This document shows positions 17,449 to 27,316 of a DNA stretch of 64,000 nt, piece by piece; the first letter of the stretch is position 1, and every line of letters begins with the position of its first letter. This DNA is from an uncultured candidate division Zixibacteria bacterium. Lineage in GTDB: Bacteria; Zixibacteria; MSB-5A5; RBG-16-43-9. The stretch is from contig OY970208.1 of assembly GCA_963713865.1 (NCBI GenBank), positions 1,088,001 to 1,152,000 on the forward strand, in the 5' to 3' direction. Under the pieces are notes generated by a model. It saw nothing but the letters and a program-made list of their open reading frames with translations. It was not told the origin of the DNA and searched no databases. Position numbers and translations under genes: made by a program.

Positions 17449-19341
17449 TTGACTGACCGGCTAAGGAATAATCTCTATTCTAAAAATCAATCCGCAGATC
17501 CTGTTTTCTGCCAGAGGGTTATACCCCTGGGAATCTGGGTTTTGGTGGGCACGATTTTGCTTCTCTTGGCCTTTTTCTCTTCCAATCCCTACCTTAGATT
17601 ATCAGGGTTAGGAGTGGTTTTAGGGGGTGGACTTTACCTTTTTTTCTTCAGAGTTTTGGTCTTAGAAAATAGATTTAAAATGATTCAACAGGGAAATCTT
17701 AACCGCTTCACGCTTTTCGAGCGATTAGAAGAGGCGACCTCCTCCTTCCTAGACAGAAAGGACAAGGAAAAGCTTACTTCTTTTTTACTAGATTTTTTCA
17801 GCCATCTTCTTCATACTAAAACCTTTCTTCTTTTTCTGAGAGACGAGAAGGGATATAAGTTATTTGATCTAATCCCTGAAAACGCTGAGATTAAAAAGAA
17901 AACCATAAAAACAGACGAACCATTAATATCCTTTCTCAAAAGACAACCGGATGCTCTGATTTTCGATCTGGGGGAGGAAAACGCAGTAAAGGAACATGAT
18001 AAACGGTGTTTACCATCAGGGCTTAAAGGGGTCGAGCTTAAGTCGGCACTTCCTCTCAAGGCCGGAGATGATCTGATCGGCTTCGTGTTATTTTCCTCAA
18101 ACACGCCTGGATCCCCAGGACCCGGATCCGGAGTCTCGGATGAAAAGCAGAAGCTTTTAAATCTGGTGGCAGGTAGGCTTTTGTGGCTGGAAGGGATCAG
18201 GGGATTAAAGCTCAAGCTCCAGAGGAAAAGGAAAGAATATCTTGATAAATTAAGCCAGGGAAAGATCTCGGATTCCCTGGTCGAGGCCGGGGTCAAGAGA
18301 AAAATCTTCGATCTTCATTCACTTTTTCAATCAGCTAATCAACTCTATCTGTCCCTGGATCAGAACCGGCTGTTTTTCAACTTCACCCAGACTTTGCAGA
18401 GACAGCTTAGCGCCAGGTCGGTTTTGATATTCCTACCCGAGGAAAAGGGGAAGAGTTTGAAGGCAAGGTATTCCAAGGGGGTTGATTTTCTTCAGTACTC
18501 GGAGCTGCGCTTAGAAGAAGAGGATCCCTTGTATGAAAAGTTTAAAGGAGAACAAACTACTTTTTATCTTTACCAGTTAATAGAAGAATTCCAGGGGAAC
18601 GAGCTTTTAGCCCGGACCATTGGTCAAGGGTTTCAGGTCTGTTTCCCCCTGAATCTTTTAGATAACCAGTTAGGCCTGGTTTTCTTGAGTGGAAGAAGTG
18701 AGGGGATCAGATATAAAGAAGAGGACTTTTTAATTTTAAGCTTTTTGAGCGATGTACTTAACGTCAGCCTGAAGAATATCACCCAGTATAAAATATTAGA
18801 GGAGCTTTCTTATACCGATAGTCTAAGCGGTTTATACAACAATCGTTATTTCTGCAAACGTCTGAACGAAGAGATCTTCAGGGCTAAACGTTACCAGAGG
18901 AAATTAGCCCTGGTGATCTTCGATATCGATGAATTCAAAATCTATAACGATTCCTTTGGCCATCAATCCGGTGACCAGATCATAAGACAGTTAGGGGAGC
19001 TGATCGTGAAGGTAGTCAGATCCATCGATGTGGTCTGCCGCTATGGCGGGGATGAGTTCTGCGTAATTATGCCAGAGACCGACCAGGAAGAATGTCTTAA
19101 GTTCATCGAGAGGCTGAGAAAACATATCCTGCACCATTCCTTTAAAAATGAATTCCTCCAGTTAGAACACCACCTGACCTTAAGCGCTGGCGCGGCCATC
19201 TATCCTCAACATGCCCGAACCTCGGAAAGGCTTATCTATTGCGCGGACATGGTTCTGCTTAAGGCTAAAAGTTCAGGGAAGAATAAAGCATTTATGTATA
19301 ACGGTGAGGATGTGAACTTAAAAAGTACAGTTCCGTTTTAA
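17449..19341 (+). CDS. Membrane-anchored GAF-GGDEF diguanylate cyclase
   Basis: Two N-terminal transmembrane segments, GAF-like domains, 'TDSLSGLYN', an RxxD I-site (RSID) and a GGDEF A-site. Confidence 0.9.
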   Translation: MTDRLRNNLYSKNQSADPVFCQRVIPLGIWVLVGTILLLLAFFSSNPYLRLSGLGVVLGGGLYLFFFRVLVLENRFKMIQQGNLNRFTLFERLEEATSSFLDRKDKEKLTSFLLDFFSHLLHTKTFLLFLRDEKGYKLFDLIPENAEIKKKTIKTDEPLISFLKRQPDALIFDLGEENAVKEHDKRCLPSGLKGVELKSALPLKAGDDLIGFVLFSSNTPGSPGPGSGVSDEKQKLLNLVAGRLLWLEGIRGLKLKLQRKRKEYLDKLSQGKISDSLVEAGVKRKIFDLHSLFQSANQLYLSLDQNRLFFNFTQTLQRQLSARSVLIFLPEEKGKSLKARYSKGVDFLQYSELRLEEEDPLYEKFKGEQTTFYLYQLIEEFQGNELLARTIGQGFQVCFPLNLLDNQLGLVFLSGRSEGIRYKEEDFLILSFLSDVLNVSLKNITQYKILEELSYTDSLSGLYNNRYFCKRLNEEIFRAKRYQRKLALVIFDIDEFKIYNDSFGHQSGDQIIRQLGELIVKVVRSIDVVCRYGGDEFCVIMPETDQEECLKFIERLRKHILHHSFKNEFLQLEHHLTLSAGAAIYPQHARTSERLIYCADMVLLKAKSSGKNKAFMYNGEDVNLKSTVPF

Positions 19342-19444
19342 CCTGGAGGTATCAGGCATCTTTAATTTTCCCTTTACATCCCTATAATTTTCCGTATATT
19401 ATTTCGAAACTTTTGGGTAGAAAGAAAAAAAACAGGAGAGGGTT

Positions 19445-20419
19445 ATGTTTTATAGAAGAAAATACAAAATTAAGATGATTTTCCTGCTGGGTCTTTTCCT
19501 GAGCATAGGGGTTTTATCTTTTTCTCAGGAATACAAAATTGGACCAGAGGATCTTATGAACATAAGTTTCTGGCAGCAGCCGGATTTGAATAGCGTGGTT
19601 AAGGTCAGGCAGGATGGTAAAATCTCTCTTCCGGTTATCGGTGAGATAATAGCAGCCGGGTTAACCCCAGCCGAGCTTTCCAAAAAAGTAGTTGAGAAAA
19701 TTTCCTTCTACAATAAAAGTATCTCCCAGGCTACGGTGGTGATAACGGAATATAACAGTCAGAAAGTCTTTGTTCAGGGACAGGTAAATCATCCAGGCAA
19801 ATACAGTTTTGAATCGATTCCAAATCTATGGGAGGTTATCAGAGAAGCTGGAGGTCCAGCTGAGGGTGCGGATCTAAGCGCGGTAAAGATTATTCGTGGA
19901 GGGGAGGAATCAGGCAAGATTTTGTGGGTAAACTTGGCGGAGATGCTGAAAAAGGGTGATTTTTCCAAACTGCCCAAGCTGAAAGTCGGGGATACGATAG
20001 AAATACCCAGGTCGATTTTGAGCTTTGGAGTTGAAGGGGCTGCTCCGAGCTACACCGGTAGAAATATCTACTACATTTATGGACAGGTCCAAAAGCCTGG
20101 CGTTTTTCCCTTAGAGTCCGAGATAGACCTGTTAGATGCTATTGTCCTGGCTGGAGGTCCTACCCAGAATGCTGATCTGAAAAAGGTTAAGGTTTTGATC
20201 AAAGGGTCGGTTTACTCCAGTGTAGTTGAGGTCAACCTGGATAACTTTGGTTCCAGAGGTAAGCCCTCTCGCTTACAGATTCATCCGGAGGACACTATAA
20301 TTCTGCCAGACAGGAGAGGTGGATTTTTTGCCAGGATCTGGAATTTTGGCCGGGAGATTATTCCCCTGTCCACGGCCATCATCAGCCTTTATCTTTTAGT
20401 AGATAGGCTTGAACAGTAA
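19445..20419 (+). CDS. wza: Polysaccharide export protein (Poly_export + SLBB, Wza-like)
   Basis: 'EYKIGPEDL..VRQDGKISLPVIGEIIAAGLT', plus SLBB 'GQVNHPGKY' and 'GQVQKPGVF'. Confidence 0.88.
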   Translation: MFYRRKYKIKMIFLLGLFLSIGVLSFSQEYKIGPEDLMNISFWQQPDLNSVVKVRQDGKISLPVIGEIIAAGLTPAELSKKVVEKISFYNKSISQATVVITEYNSQKVFVQGQVNHPGKYSFESIPNLWEVIREAGGPAEGADLSAVKIIRGGEESGKILWVNLAEMLKKGDFSKLPKLKVGDTIEIPRSILSFGVEGAAPSYTGRNIYYIYGQVQKPGVFPLESEIDLLDAIVLAGGPTQNADLKKVKVLIKGSVYSSVVEVNLDNFGSRGKPSRLQIHPEDTIILPDRRGGFFARIWNFGREIIPLSTAIISLYLLVDRLEQ

Positions 20420-20434
20420 GGGGTAAAAGATCAG

Positions 20435-21964
20435 ATGAGCTCAATTCAAAAAAAAGAATTTGACCTGAGGGAATACTGGAAACTATTGCTCAGGAAAAGA
20501 TGGTTACTTATCATTCCCTTTTTTACCGTTACCCTAGTCAGTTTCTCAGGCAGCTTCCTTCTTCCCCGTCAATACAAATCCTCCACCACAGTGCTGATCA
20601 GCGAGAGTCGACTTCTAACCAGACCCTTAGAGAATTTAGTTCCCGGAGTAACCCCGGGCCGCAGTTCTCAAGAGGAAAGAGGACAGAGGTTAGCCACTAT
20701 AACCAACCAGATAATCTCTACTGGTTTCTTGAAAAGGTTAATCTATAACCTGAACTTGAACCAGAATCCTCAGGCGACAGGTGAAGCCCGAAAGGTTAAA
20801 TCAAAATTCCCAGAGATAAGCGAAGAAGAATTAGTTGAGAAGATTTTGATCGAGGATTTAAGGAAAAAAATCAGTGTTGGTTTCAAGGGTGAGAACTTAG
20901 TGGAGATAACGGTCTATTCAGATAAGCCTAAGTTGGCAGCAGATATGGCTAAGAATCTGGCACAGATTTTCATAGATGAAAGCTTAAGATATGAGCTTTT
21001 GGGAGTCAGGGGTGCTTTAGATTTCTCGGACGAGCAGTTAGCCATTTATAAGAAGAGATTGGAAGAAGCCGAGAATCGGTTAAGAGAATATAAAGAGAAA
21101 ACTCTCAAGAACAATGTGGATCAGAACATCTCCTCAGACACGAATGTATGGGTTATCGTTTCGGGTATCGATGCCACCAAATTGGAGATTAAAGAGCTGG
21201 AGGACCAAAACAGCTTCTTAAAAGATAAGCTAAGCGGGTTAAAGGCTTCGAATTTGAGCTTACCGGTTTCGGATAAACTGAAGAGTTTAAAGGGCCAGCT
21301 GTTTTCCTCAGTGAATGAGTATGTTCCTCTTCTGACTAAATATTCCTGGAGAGATGCCAAGGTCCTTACTCTTACCGAGAAGACCAAAACATATCTGGAC
21401 CAGATAGAGGAGGAGATCAAAACCATTTCTCAATCTCAGAAGGGGAAGCTAAGTTCGGATATTTTAGCCCTTTTAGAAAGTTATACTATCAACGATATCA
21501 ATCTGGATTTCTTAAGAGAAAAGCTCAGGGTGTTGAACCAGGCAGTTGAAGGGGTAAAAGGGGTAATTGCCCGTACCCCTTATCAGGAGCAGACCTTAAG
21601 AAATTTACAACAGGATGTGGAAACCTATAGAGGGATTTATGAGATGTTCGTCTCTCAATCACAGGGTTCCCAGATATCCCAGCAGGTTCAGCAAGCAGAA
21701 GCACAGAACAGATTCAGGGTTATAGAGCCAGCTAGTATCCCTCTTAGCCCAGTTAAGCCCAATCGGGTTAAAATCACATTGTTAGGTTGTCTTTTAGGTT
21801 TGGCCATAGGCGGCGGTAGTGTCATCTTGTCTGAGTTCTTTGACACTTCCTTCAAGAAGGTTGAAGAGGTAGAGGAATATTTAGACTTAAAGGTTTTAGG
21901 TACAGTTCCCCGGATAGAGCATCTGGAAAAATTAAATCTGAACAAGAGGAGAACTTTAAGATAA
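20435..21964 (+). CDS. Polysaccharide co-polymerase / chain-length determinant (Wzc/GumC transmembrane part)
   Basis: 'DLREYWKLLLRKRW', two transmembrane segments flanking a coiled coil, and 'FRVIEPASIPLSPVKPNR'. Confidence 0.88.
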   Translation: MSSIQKKEFDLREYWKLLLRKRWLLIIPFFTVTLVSFSGSFLLPRQYKSSTTVLISESRLLTRPLENLVPGVTPGRSSQEERGQRLATITNQIISTGFLKRLIYNLNLNQNPQATGEARKVKSKFPEISEEELVEKILIEDLRKKISVGFKGENLVEITVYSDKPKLAADMAKNLAQIFIDESLRYELLGVRGALDFSDEQLAIYKKRLEEAENRLREYKEKTLKNNVDQNISSDTNVWVIVSGIDATKLEIKELEDQNSFLKDKLSGLKASNLSLPVSDKLKSLKGQLFSSVNEYVPLLTKYSWRDAKVLTLTEKTKTYLDQIEEEIKTISQSQKGKLSSDILALLESYTINDINLDFLREKLRVLNQAVEGVKGVIARTPYQEQTLRNLQQDVETYRGIYEMFVSQSQGSQISQQVQQAEAQNRFRVIEPASIPLSPVKPNRVKITLLGCLLGLAIGGGSVILSEFFDTSFKKVEEVEEYLDLKVLGTVPRIEHLEKLNLNKRRTLR

Positions 21965-21982
21965 AGGTTTATTTGAACGGTC

Positions 21983-22699
21983 ATGAAAAGTAAAAGAAAG
22001 CAGGCTGGAAATATTCTGGACTTTTATGAGAGGGAATCTCCAATCTCCACAGAGTTCAGGAGGATATATTCGAATCTGAAATATTATACCAAAGGAGAGG
22101 AGTTAAAAACTATCCTTATCACCAGTCCGGCACTGGGCGAAGGGAAAAGCACTTTAGCAAGCTTTTTAGCCATCGAAGTTTCACACCGTCATAATAAAAA
22201 AGTTATACTTATAGATTGTGATCTGAGAAGACCGAATATTCATAACCTTTTTGCCTTAGATCAGGGGAAGGGTCTTTCTGAGCTTTTACAGGGGGAGATT
22301 AATTTCCAGGATTGTTTGCATTCGACATCTTTAGAGAATTTAAAAATTATGACCAGCGGTCAGGAAATCCAGAATTCATCAGAGCTTTTAGATACTCCTT
22401 ATTTTAGAGAAGTGATAGCAGAGGCAAAGCTTTTTTCGGATCTGGTTATTGTTGACTGTGCTCCGGTTATCCCGGTAAGCGATCCTCTGATCATAGGACC
22501 TCTAATGGATGGGGCGATTTTAGTGTTAAAAGCCGGGTTCACCCAGAGGGAGGTGGGGAAAAGAGCAGTTGAGATTTTGAGGAATGCACAGGTAAGATTA
22601 CTCGGAGTGCTGATGAATAATATGAAGGAGATTTTGCCCTATTATTACAGTTATAAATATTATGGATATGAATATGGTCATCCCAAGAAAAGAAAGTAA
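21983..22699 (+). CDS. CpsD/CapB-family BY-kinase (tyrosine kinase)
   Basis: Walker A 'GEGKST', 'LIDCDLRRP', 'VDCAP', and a C-terminal Tyr cluster 'YYYSYKYYGYEY'. Confidence 0.92.
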   Translation: MKSKRKQAGNILDFYERESPISTEFRRIYSNLKYYTKGEELKTILITSPALGEGKSTLASFLAIEVSHRHNKKVILIDCDLRRPNIHNLFALDQGKGLSELLQGEINFQDCLHSTSLENLKIMTSGQEIQNSSELLDTPYFREVIAEAKLFSDLVIVDCAPVIPVSDPLIIGPLMDGAILVLKAGFTQREVGKRAVEILRNAQVRLLGVLMNNMKEILPYYYSYKYYGYEYGHPKKRK

Positions 22700-22713
22700 T
22701 TTTTTTTGTCGGT

Positions 22714-23553
22714 ATGAAGGTAAAAAATATTCTGAGCATAGATGTAGAGGAATGGTTTCAGGTAGAAAACCTCAAAGAGGTGATCCCCTTTCAGGGATGG
22801 ACCTATTGTGAGAAGAGGTTACCTTTTAACCTCTCTGAGATTTTAATCCTTTTAGAGGAAAGGAAAGTTAAAGCTACTTTTTTTATCCTGGGCTGGATCG
22901 CAGAACGTTATCCAGAGATAATAAAGAGGATTCATAATGAAGGGCATGAGATAGGCTCCCATGGCTATTCTCACAGTTTGGTTTTCACCCAGACTGAAAA
23001 AGAGTTCAGAGAAGATGTCAAAAAATCGTTAGAGATCATAGAAAAGCTTATTGGAGAACCGGTTTGGGGATATAGAGCCCCTTCCTTTTCGATCAACCAG
23101 AGTTGCTTCTGGGCTTTTGAGGTTCTATCTGAATTGGGAATCAGATACGATTCCAGCATCTTTCCGATAAAACATCCTCAGTATGGTATACCCTCAGCTC
23201 CTCGCTTCCCTTTTAACCTGGAACTAAAAAACGGGAAGAAGTTGAAAGAATTCCCCCTATCCACGGTCAGGCTTTTAGGTTTAAACCTTCCAGTAGCAGG
23301 TGGAGCTTATTTACGAATCTTCCCTTACTGGTATAACAGATGGGGGATAAGACGCTTGAACTCAGAGGGGAGCGGAGCGGTGGTCTATTTTCATCCCTGG
23401 GAAATAGACCCGGATCAACCCAGGGAAAATATCAGCTTTTTTAAAAGATTCAGACATTATACTAATCTGGATTTGATGAAGGCTAAGATAAAAAAACTGC
23501 TTAAAGATTTCGAGTTCACCTCTTTTTCCCTTTCAGGAGCCTTAGATGATTAA
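22714..23553 (+). CDS. Polysaccharide deacetylase, DUF3473 / PEP-CTERM-locus type
   Basis: 'SIDVEEWFQV', 'ATFFILGW', 'HEIGSHGYSH', 'YRAPSFS', 'GGAYLR', 'YFHPWEIDPDQP'. Confidence 0.9.
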   Translation: MKVKNILSIDVEEWFQVENLKEVIPFQGWTYCEKRLPFNLSEILILLEERKVKATFFILGWIAERYPEIIKRIHNEGHEIGSHGYSHSLVFTQTEKEFREDVKKSLEIIEKLIGEPVWGYRAPSFSINQSCFWAFEVLSELGIRYDSSIFPIKHPQYGIPSAPRFPFNLELKNGKKLKEFPLSTVRLLGLNLPVAGGAYLRIFPYWYNRWGIRRLNSEGSGAVVYFHPWEIDPDQPRENISFFKRFRHYTNLDLMKAKIKKLLKDFEFTSFSLSGALDD

Positions 23554-24415
23554 AGCCTTAATCCTTTCTATGCGACCCCACCAATGGGTGAAAAATTCTG
23601 TGCTCTTTGCCGGACTGATCTTTTCTTTTAATCTTTTTCAACTAAATTTTTTCTTGAAGACGTTAGTAGCTTTTATTCTCTTCTGTTTTTTGACGAGTGG
23701 ACTCTATATCCTTAATGATATCATAGACCTGAAAAGCGATAGAGCTCACCCTTTGAAAAGCAAAAGACCTATTGCTTCAGGGGAATTTAAACCCTCTATT
23801 GCCATTTTTTTCTCTATCCTTTTTATCATTTTATCTCTTATTTTATCATTTTATCTTAACCAGATTTTTGGTCTAGTCTCCATCGTCTATCTTATTTTGA
23901 ATTTTCTTTACTCCAAGTACCTGAAAAATATGGTGATCTTAGATGTTATGGCTATCTCTTTGGGCTTTGTCCTTAGAGCTGTGGCTGGAGCGGTGGTAAT
24001 AAATGTAGAGATCTCTTCCTGGCTGATCGTTTGTACCACCCTTTTAGCTTTATTTTTAAGTTTTGGTAAAAGAAGGCACGAGATAGTCCTTTTAGAGAAT
24101 AAGGCAGAGGAGCACAGGAGAAGCTTAGCTGAATATAGTCCCTATTTCTTAGACCAGCTCATCTCCGTGGTGACTGCATCCACAGTTGTGGCTTATGCTT
24201 TCTATACCCTTTCTCCGGAAGTAGAGGCAAAGTTAGGCACGACTCATATGGCTTTGACTATCCCGTTTGTGCTCTACGGGGTTTTCAGATACCTTTACTT
24301 AATTCATCAGAAAGAAAAAGGGGGTAGCCCTACCTGGGTTCTTCTTACGGATAAACCTTTAATAATCGATATTCTGCTCTGGTTTTTTTCGGTGATTTTA
24401 ATCGTATATTTATAA
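23546..24415 (+). CDS. UbiA-family decaprenyl-phosphate phosphoribosyltransferase-like protein
   Basis: 'MRPHQWVKN', 'YILNDIIDLKSDRAHPLKSKRPIASG', 'LALFLSFGKRRHE'. Confidence 0.9.
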   Translation: MIKALILSMRPHQWVKNSVLFAGLIFSFNLFQLNFFLKTLVAFILFCFLTSGLYILNDIIDLKSDRAHPLKSKRPIASGEFKPSIAIFFSILFIILSLILSFYLNQIFGLVSIVYLILNFLYSKYLKNMVILDVMAISLGFVLRAVAGAVVINVEISSWLIVCTTLLALFLSFGKRRHEIVLLENKAEEHRRSLAEYSPYFLDQLISVVTASTVVAYAFYTLSPEVEAKLGTTHMALTIPFVLYGVFRYLYLIHQKEKGGSPTWVLLTDKPLIIDILLWFFSVILIVYL

Positions 24416-24431
24416 GAAGTAAGGAGAAATT

Positions 24432-25508
24432 ATGCCTGGCTCAAAAGTAGCGGTATTAAAGACCAGTGTAGGAAATATCTTAAAAGATTACCAAAAGCTT
24501 CTGCGTCTATTAGATTACCAGAAAGGTTTCTCCCAGGAAAAAGATAGTTTAATCAAACTCAATTTGTCCTGGACTAAATATTTTCCTGCCTGTTCAACCC
24601 AGCCCTGGCAATTAGAAGGGGTTGTCAAGACTTTAATTGAAGACGGGTTCAAAAAGGAAAGACTTTTTCCAGTAGAAAATAAAACCGTGGTGACAAACCC
24701 ACTTAAAGGGGCGAAAAATAACCGCTGGCTTCCGGTTCTGGAAAAGTACGGGCTAAAGTTTATCCCTTTACCTGAAGTTGAATGGGTGAAATATGAATTT
24801 AAAGAGAAGCTCTTGAGGTTAAACCAGATTTTTCCAGAAGGGATTGAGATCCCCAAACTTTTCATCGGAAAACAGATCATTCATCTTCCCACTTTAAAGA
24901 CCCATGGTCATTCGATAACCACCGGAGCAGTTAAAAATGCCTTTGGCGGGCTTCTAAAAGAGGTCAGGCATTATGCGCATAAATATATCCATGAGGTTTT
25001 GGTGGATTTGATGATTATGCAAAAAGAACTTCATCCGGGTATTTTAGCAGTAATGGATGGAACGGTGTGCGGGAATGGAGCAGGACCCCGGACCATGCAT
25101 CCGGTGATAAAAAATTATATTTTAGCCTCAAATGATTCTGTGGCTTTAGATGCGATTGCCGCCAGAATGATGGGATTTGACCCCCTGCAGATAACCTATA
25201 TAAAGCTCTCCCAGGAAAAAGGATTGGGAATCGGTGATCCACGAGAGATCGATATTATAGGAGAGGATATCTCCGAGATAAATTTCGGATTTAAAACCAG
25301 AAAAAGCCTGGTCATCTGGGGGGATCAGATGTTAAGATTAGGACCTTTGAGATTTCTGGAAAAGGTTGCTTTAAAATCACCTTTAGTCTTCTGGGCTCCT
25401 ATGGCTTCCAATCTCTATCATGATTACTTCTGGTATCCCCTGATCGGCAGAGTAAGAATTAATCGTTTCAAGAAGACCGATTGGGGTAAGTTGTTTGAAA
25501 GGTATTAA
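24432..25508 (+). CDS. DUF362 domain protein (cytoplasmic)
   Basis: 'IKLNLSW', 'LPTLKTHGH..TGAVKNAFG', 'DGTVCGNGAGP', 'DSVALDA'. Confidence 0.85.
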   Translation: MPGSKVAVLKTSVGNILKDYQKLLRLLDYQKGFSQEKDSLIKLNLSWTKYFPACSTQPWQLEGVVKTLIEDGFKKERLFPVENKTVVTNPLKGAKNNRWLPVLEKYGLKFIPLPEVEWVKYEFKEKLLRLNQIFPEGIEIPKLFIGKQIIHLPTLKTHGHSITTGAVKNAFGGLLKEVRHYAHKYIHEVLVDLMIMQKELHPGILAVMDGTVCGNGAGPRTMHPVIKNYILASNDSVALDAIAARMMGFDPLQITYIKLSQEKGLGIGDPREIDIIGEDISEINFGFKTRKSLVIWGDQMLRLGPLRFLEKVALKSPLVFWAPMASNLYHDYFWYPLIGRVRINRFKKTDWGKLFERY

Positions 25509-25580
25509 AATATACTTTTAGATAACGATTTTAAATACGTTCCTTCAGATTTTTATCTTCGATTAAATCTATAAATTCAG

Positions 25581-26366
25581 ATGATAGAAGATAAAAGAGT
25601 TTTAGTGGCAATCCTTAATAACCGAAGAGATTTTAAGTTTGCCAGGGAGGAGCACTGGTACAGGATTCCGGTTAAAACTGCACCCAGGAGATGGAAGGCG
25701 GACTATTTAGCATTTTATCAAACCAAGGTTTTTGAAAAAGAGAAATGGGCTATAAATTATTATGCTGAAATCAAGGGATTCGAGAAATCAAAAAGGATTG
25801 AGCTTCTGCCTGAGGAAAAAGATCATCCCAGAGCTTTAGAGGATTATTATAAGGTTTTACTTGGCGAGTTAATCCCTTTAGCTAAACCGGTTATGAGTCG
25901 TAGATGGCGAAGAATCACCTTTATCTCTACCACCTTAGATCATTTAAAAAAAGCTGAAGAGATAAATGATCTTTTTATGGAAAGCCCTCTGGAGGAAAAG
26001 CTCTGGTACGAGATGAAGAAAAAGAGTATAGATGGGGAAAGACAATATCTGATTGGTGAAGGAAAAACAAAATATTGTCTGGATTTCGCTATATTCTGTC
26101 AAAAGGGGAAAATAGATGTGGAGTGTAATGGCGATCTCTGGCACTCTCAAAAGAACTTTATCCTTAAGGATAATCAAAGGAATAACTACCTTGCCAGTCA
26201 GGGCTGGTCAGTTTTAAGGTTCGGGAGTAAGAAAATAAACAAGAAATTACAAATCTGTTTAGAGGTGATAAAAGAGAATGTTAATAGAATGGGTGGGATA
26301 AAAAGCCAGAAAAGCATCAGAAAGTCTTTAGAGAAAGAGGCTATAGAGCAGTTGGAACTTCTCTAA
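25581..26366 (+). CDS. DUF559 / Vsr-like endonuclease with N-terminal EVE/PUA-like domain
   Basis: C-terminal 'ESPLEEKLW..LDFAI..DVECNGDLWH..DNQRNNYLASQGWSVLRF' and N-terminal 'HWYRIPV..YLAFYQ..INYYAEI'. Confidence 0.8.
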   Translation: MIEDKRVLVAILNNRRDFKFAREEHWYRIPVKTAPRRWKADYLAFYQTKVFEKEKWAINYYAEIKGFEKSKRIELLPEEKDHPRALEDYYKVLLGELIPLAKPVMSRRWRRITFISTTLDHLKKAEEINDLFMESPLEEKLWYEMKKKSIDGERQYLIGEGKTKYCLDFAIFCQKGKIDVECNGDLWHSQKNFILKDNQRNNYLASQGWSVLRFGSKKINKKLQICLEVIKENVNRMGGIKSQKSIRKSLEKEAIEQLELL

Positions 26367-26486
26367 TGAGATAGAGAGTTTACCTCTTGAATATATTATA
26401 GATAAAATAGTGATAAAATCCATCAGAGGTGGATTTTATCCCGACTGAACCAATCAGGTATTCTTTAAAAATTCCGATACTTATAT

Positions 26487-27305
26487 GTGACTATGAGTAC
26501 CTATTATCGATCTTATAATCTGGGATGGGGAGGGGGGGTGCCCAGGGGTGTAAAAACACTTCTTCTGGCAAATGGAGCGATATTTTTAGCTCAGTATCTG
26601 ATAGGGAATAAACTCGTCTTTTTATTCGGGCTTACCCCAGCTCTGGTTAAGGAAGGGTATGTCTGGCAGGTATTCACCTATATGTTTTTGCACGGGGGTC
26701 TTTTTCATATCCTGTTCAATATGTTTGCCCTTTTCATCTTTGGAGCAGATATCGAGAGGACTTGGGGGACAAAGGAGTTCGTTAAATATTATTTCATAAC
26801 CGGGATCGGGGCAGGGGTAGCAAGTTTCCTTTTATCCTTCAACTCCTCTGCCACCATAGGGGCTTCCGGAGCCATCTTCGGGCTTTTAGTTGCTTTTGCT
26901 CTTATGTTTCCGGAAAGGATTATCTATCTTTATTTTCTTTTTCCCATCAAAGCTAAATATCTGGCTTTAATTTTCGGGGGGATCGAGCTTTTAGCCTCCT
27001 TTCGCTATACCGGGGACGGGATCGGTCATTTTGCCCATTTAGGAGGGATGGTGGTAGGATATATTTATCTTAAAGCGGACTGGAGAATTAAAAGCTTTTT
27101 CCGATTTATATTTAATACAGGTTCCCGCTGGAGAGAGAAATCTTCTGAGAAAAAAAAGGAACGACATGATGAGCTGATGCAAAGGGTGGACCAGATACTG
27201 GACAAGATCAATCAAGTCGGTTATCAGAATTTGACTAAAGAGGAAAAGAAGGTCCTGGAGGAAGCCAGCCAGATATTGTCAGAGGAAAAGAAGGAGTATA
27301 AATAG
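26487..27305 (+). CDS. Rhomboid intramembrane serine protease (C-terminal DUF6576-like)
   Basis: 'TYMFLHGGLFHILFNM', catalytic 'GASG', 'AHLGG', and tail 'DQILDKINQVGYQNLT.EEK'. Confidence 0.92.
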   Translation: MTMSTYYRSYNLGWGGGVPRGVKTLLLANGAIFLAQYLIGNKLVFLFGLTPALVKEGYVWQVFTYMFLHGGLFHILFNMFALFIFGADIERTWGTKEFVKYYFITGIGAGVASFLLSFNSSATIGASGAIFGLLVAFALMFPERIIYLYFLFPIKAKYLALIFGGIELLASFRYTGDGIGHFAHLGGMVVGYIYLKADWRIKSFFRFIFNTGSRWREKSSEKKKERHDELMQRVDQILDKINQVGYQNLTKEEKKVLEEASQILSEEKKEYK

Positions 27306-27316
27306 GGAGGGTTTTT

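Noticed and set aside
18105-18133. Palindromic stretch encoding PGSPGPGSG in the diguanylate cyclase as a repeat insertion
   Set aside because: It is short and I saw no second copy in the window, so it may be just a Pro/Gly linker.
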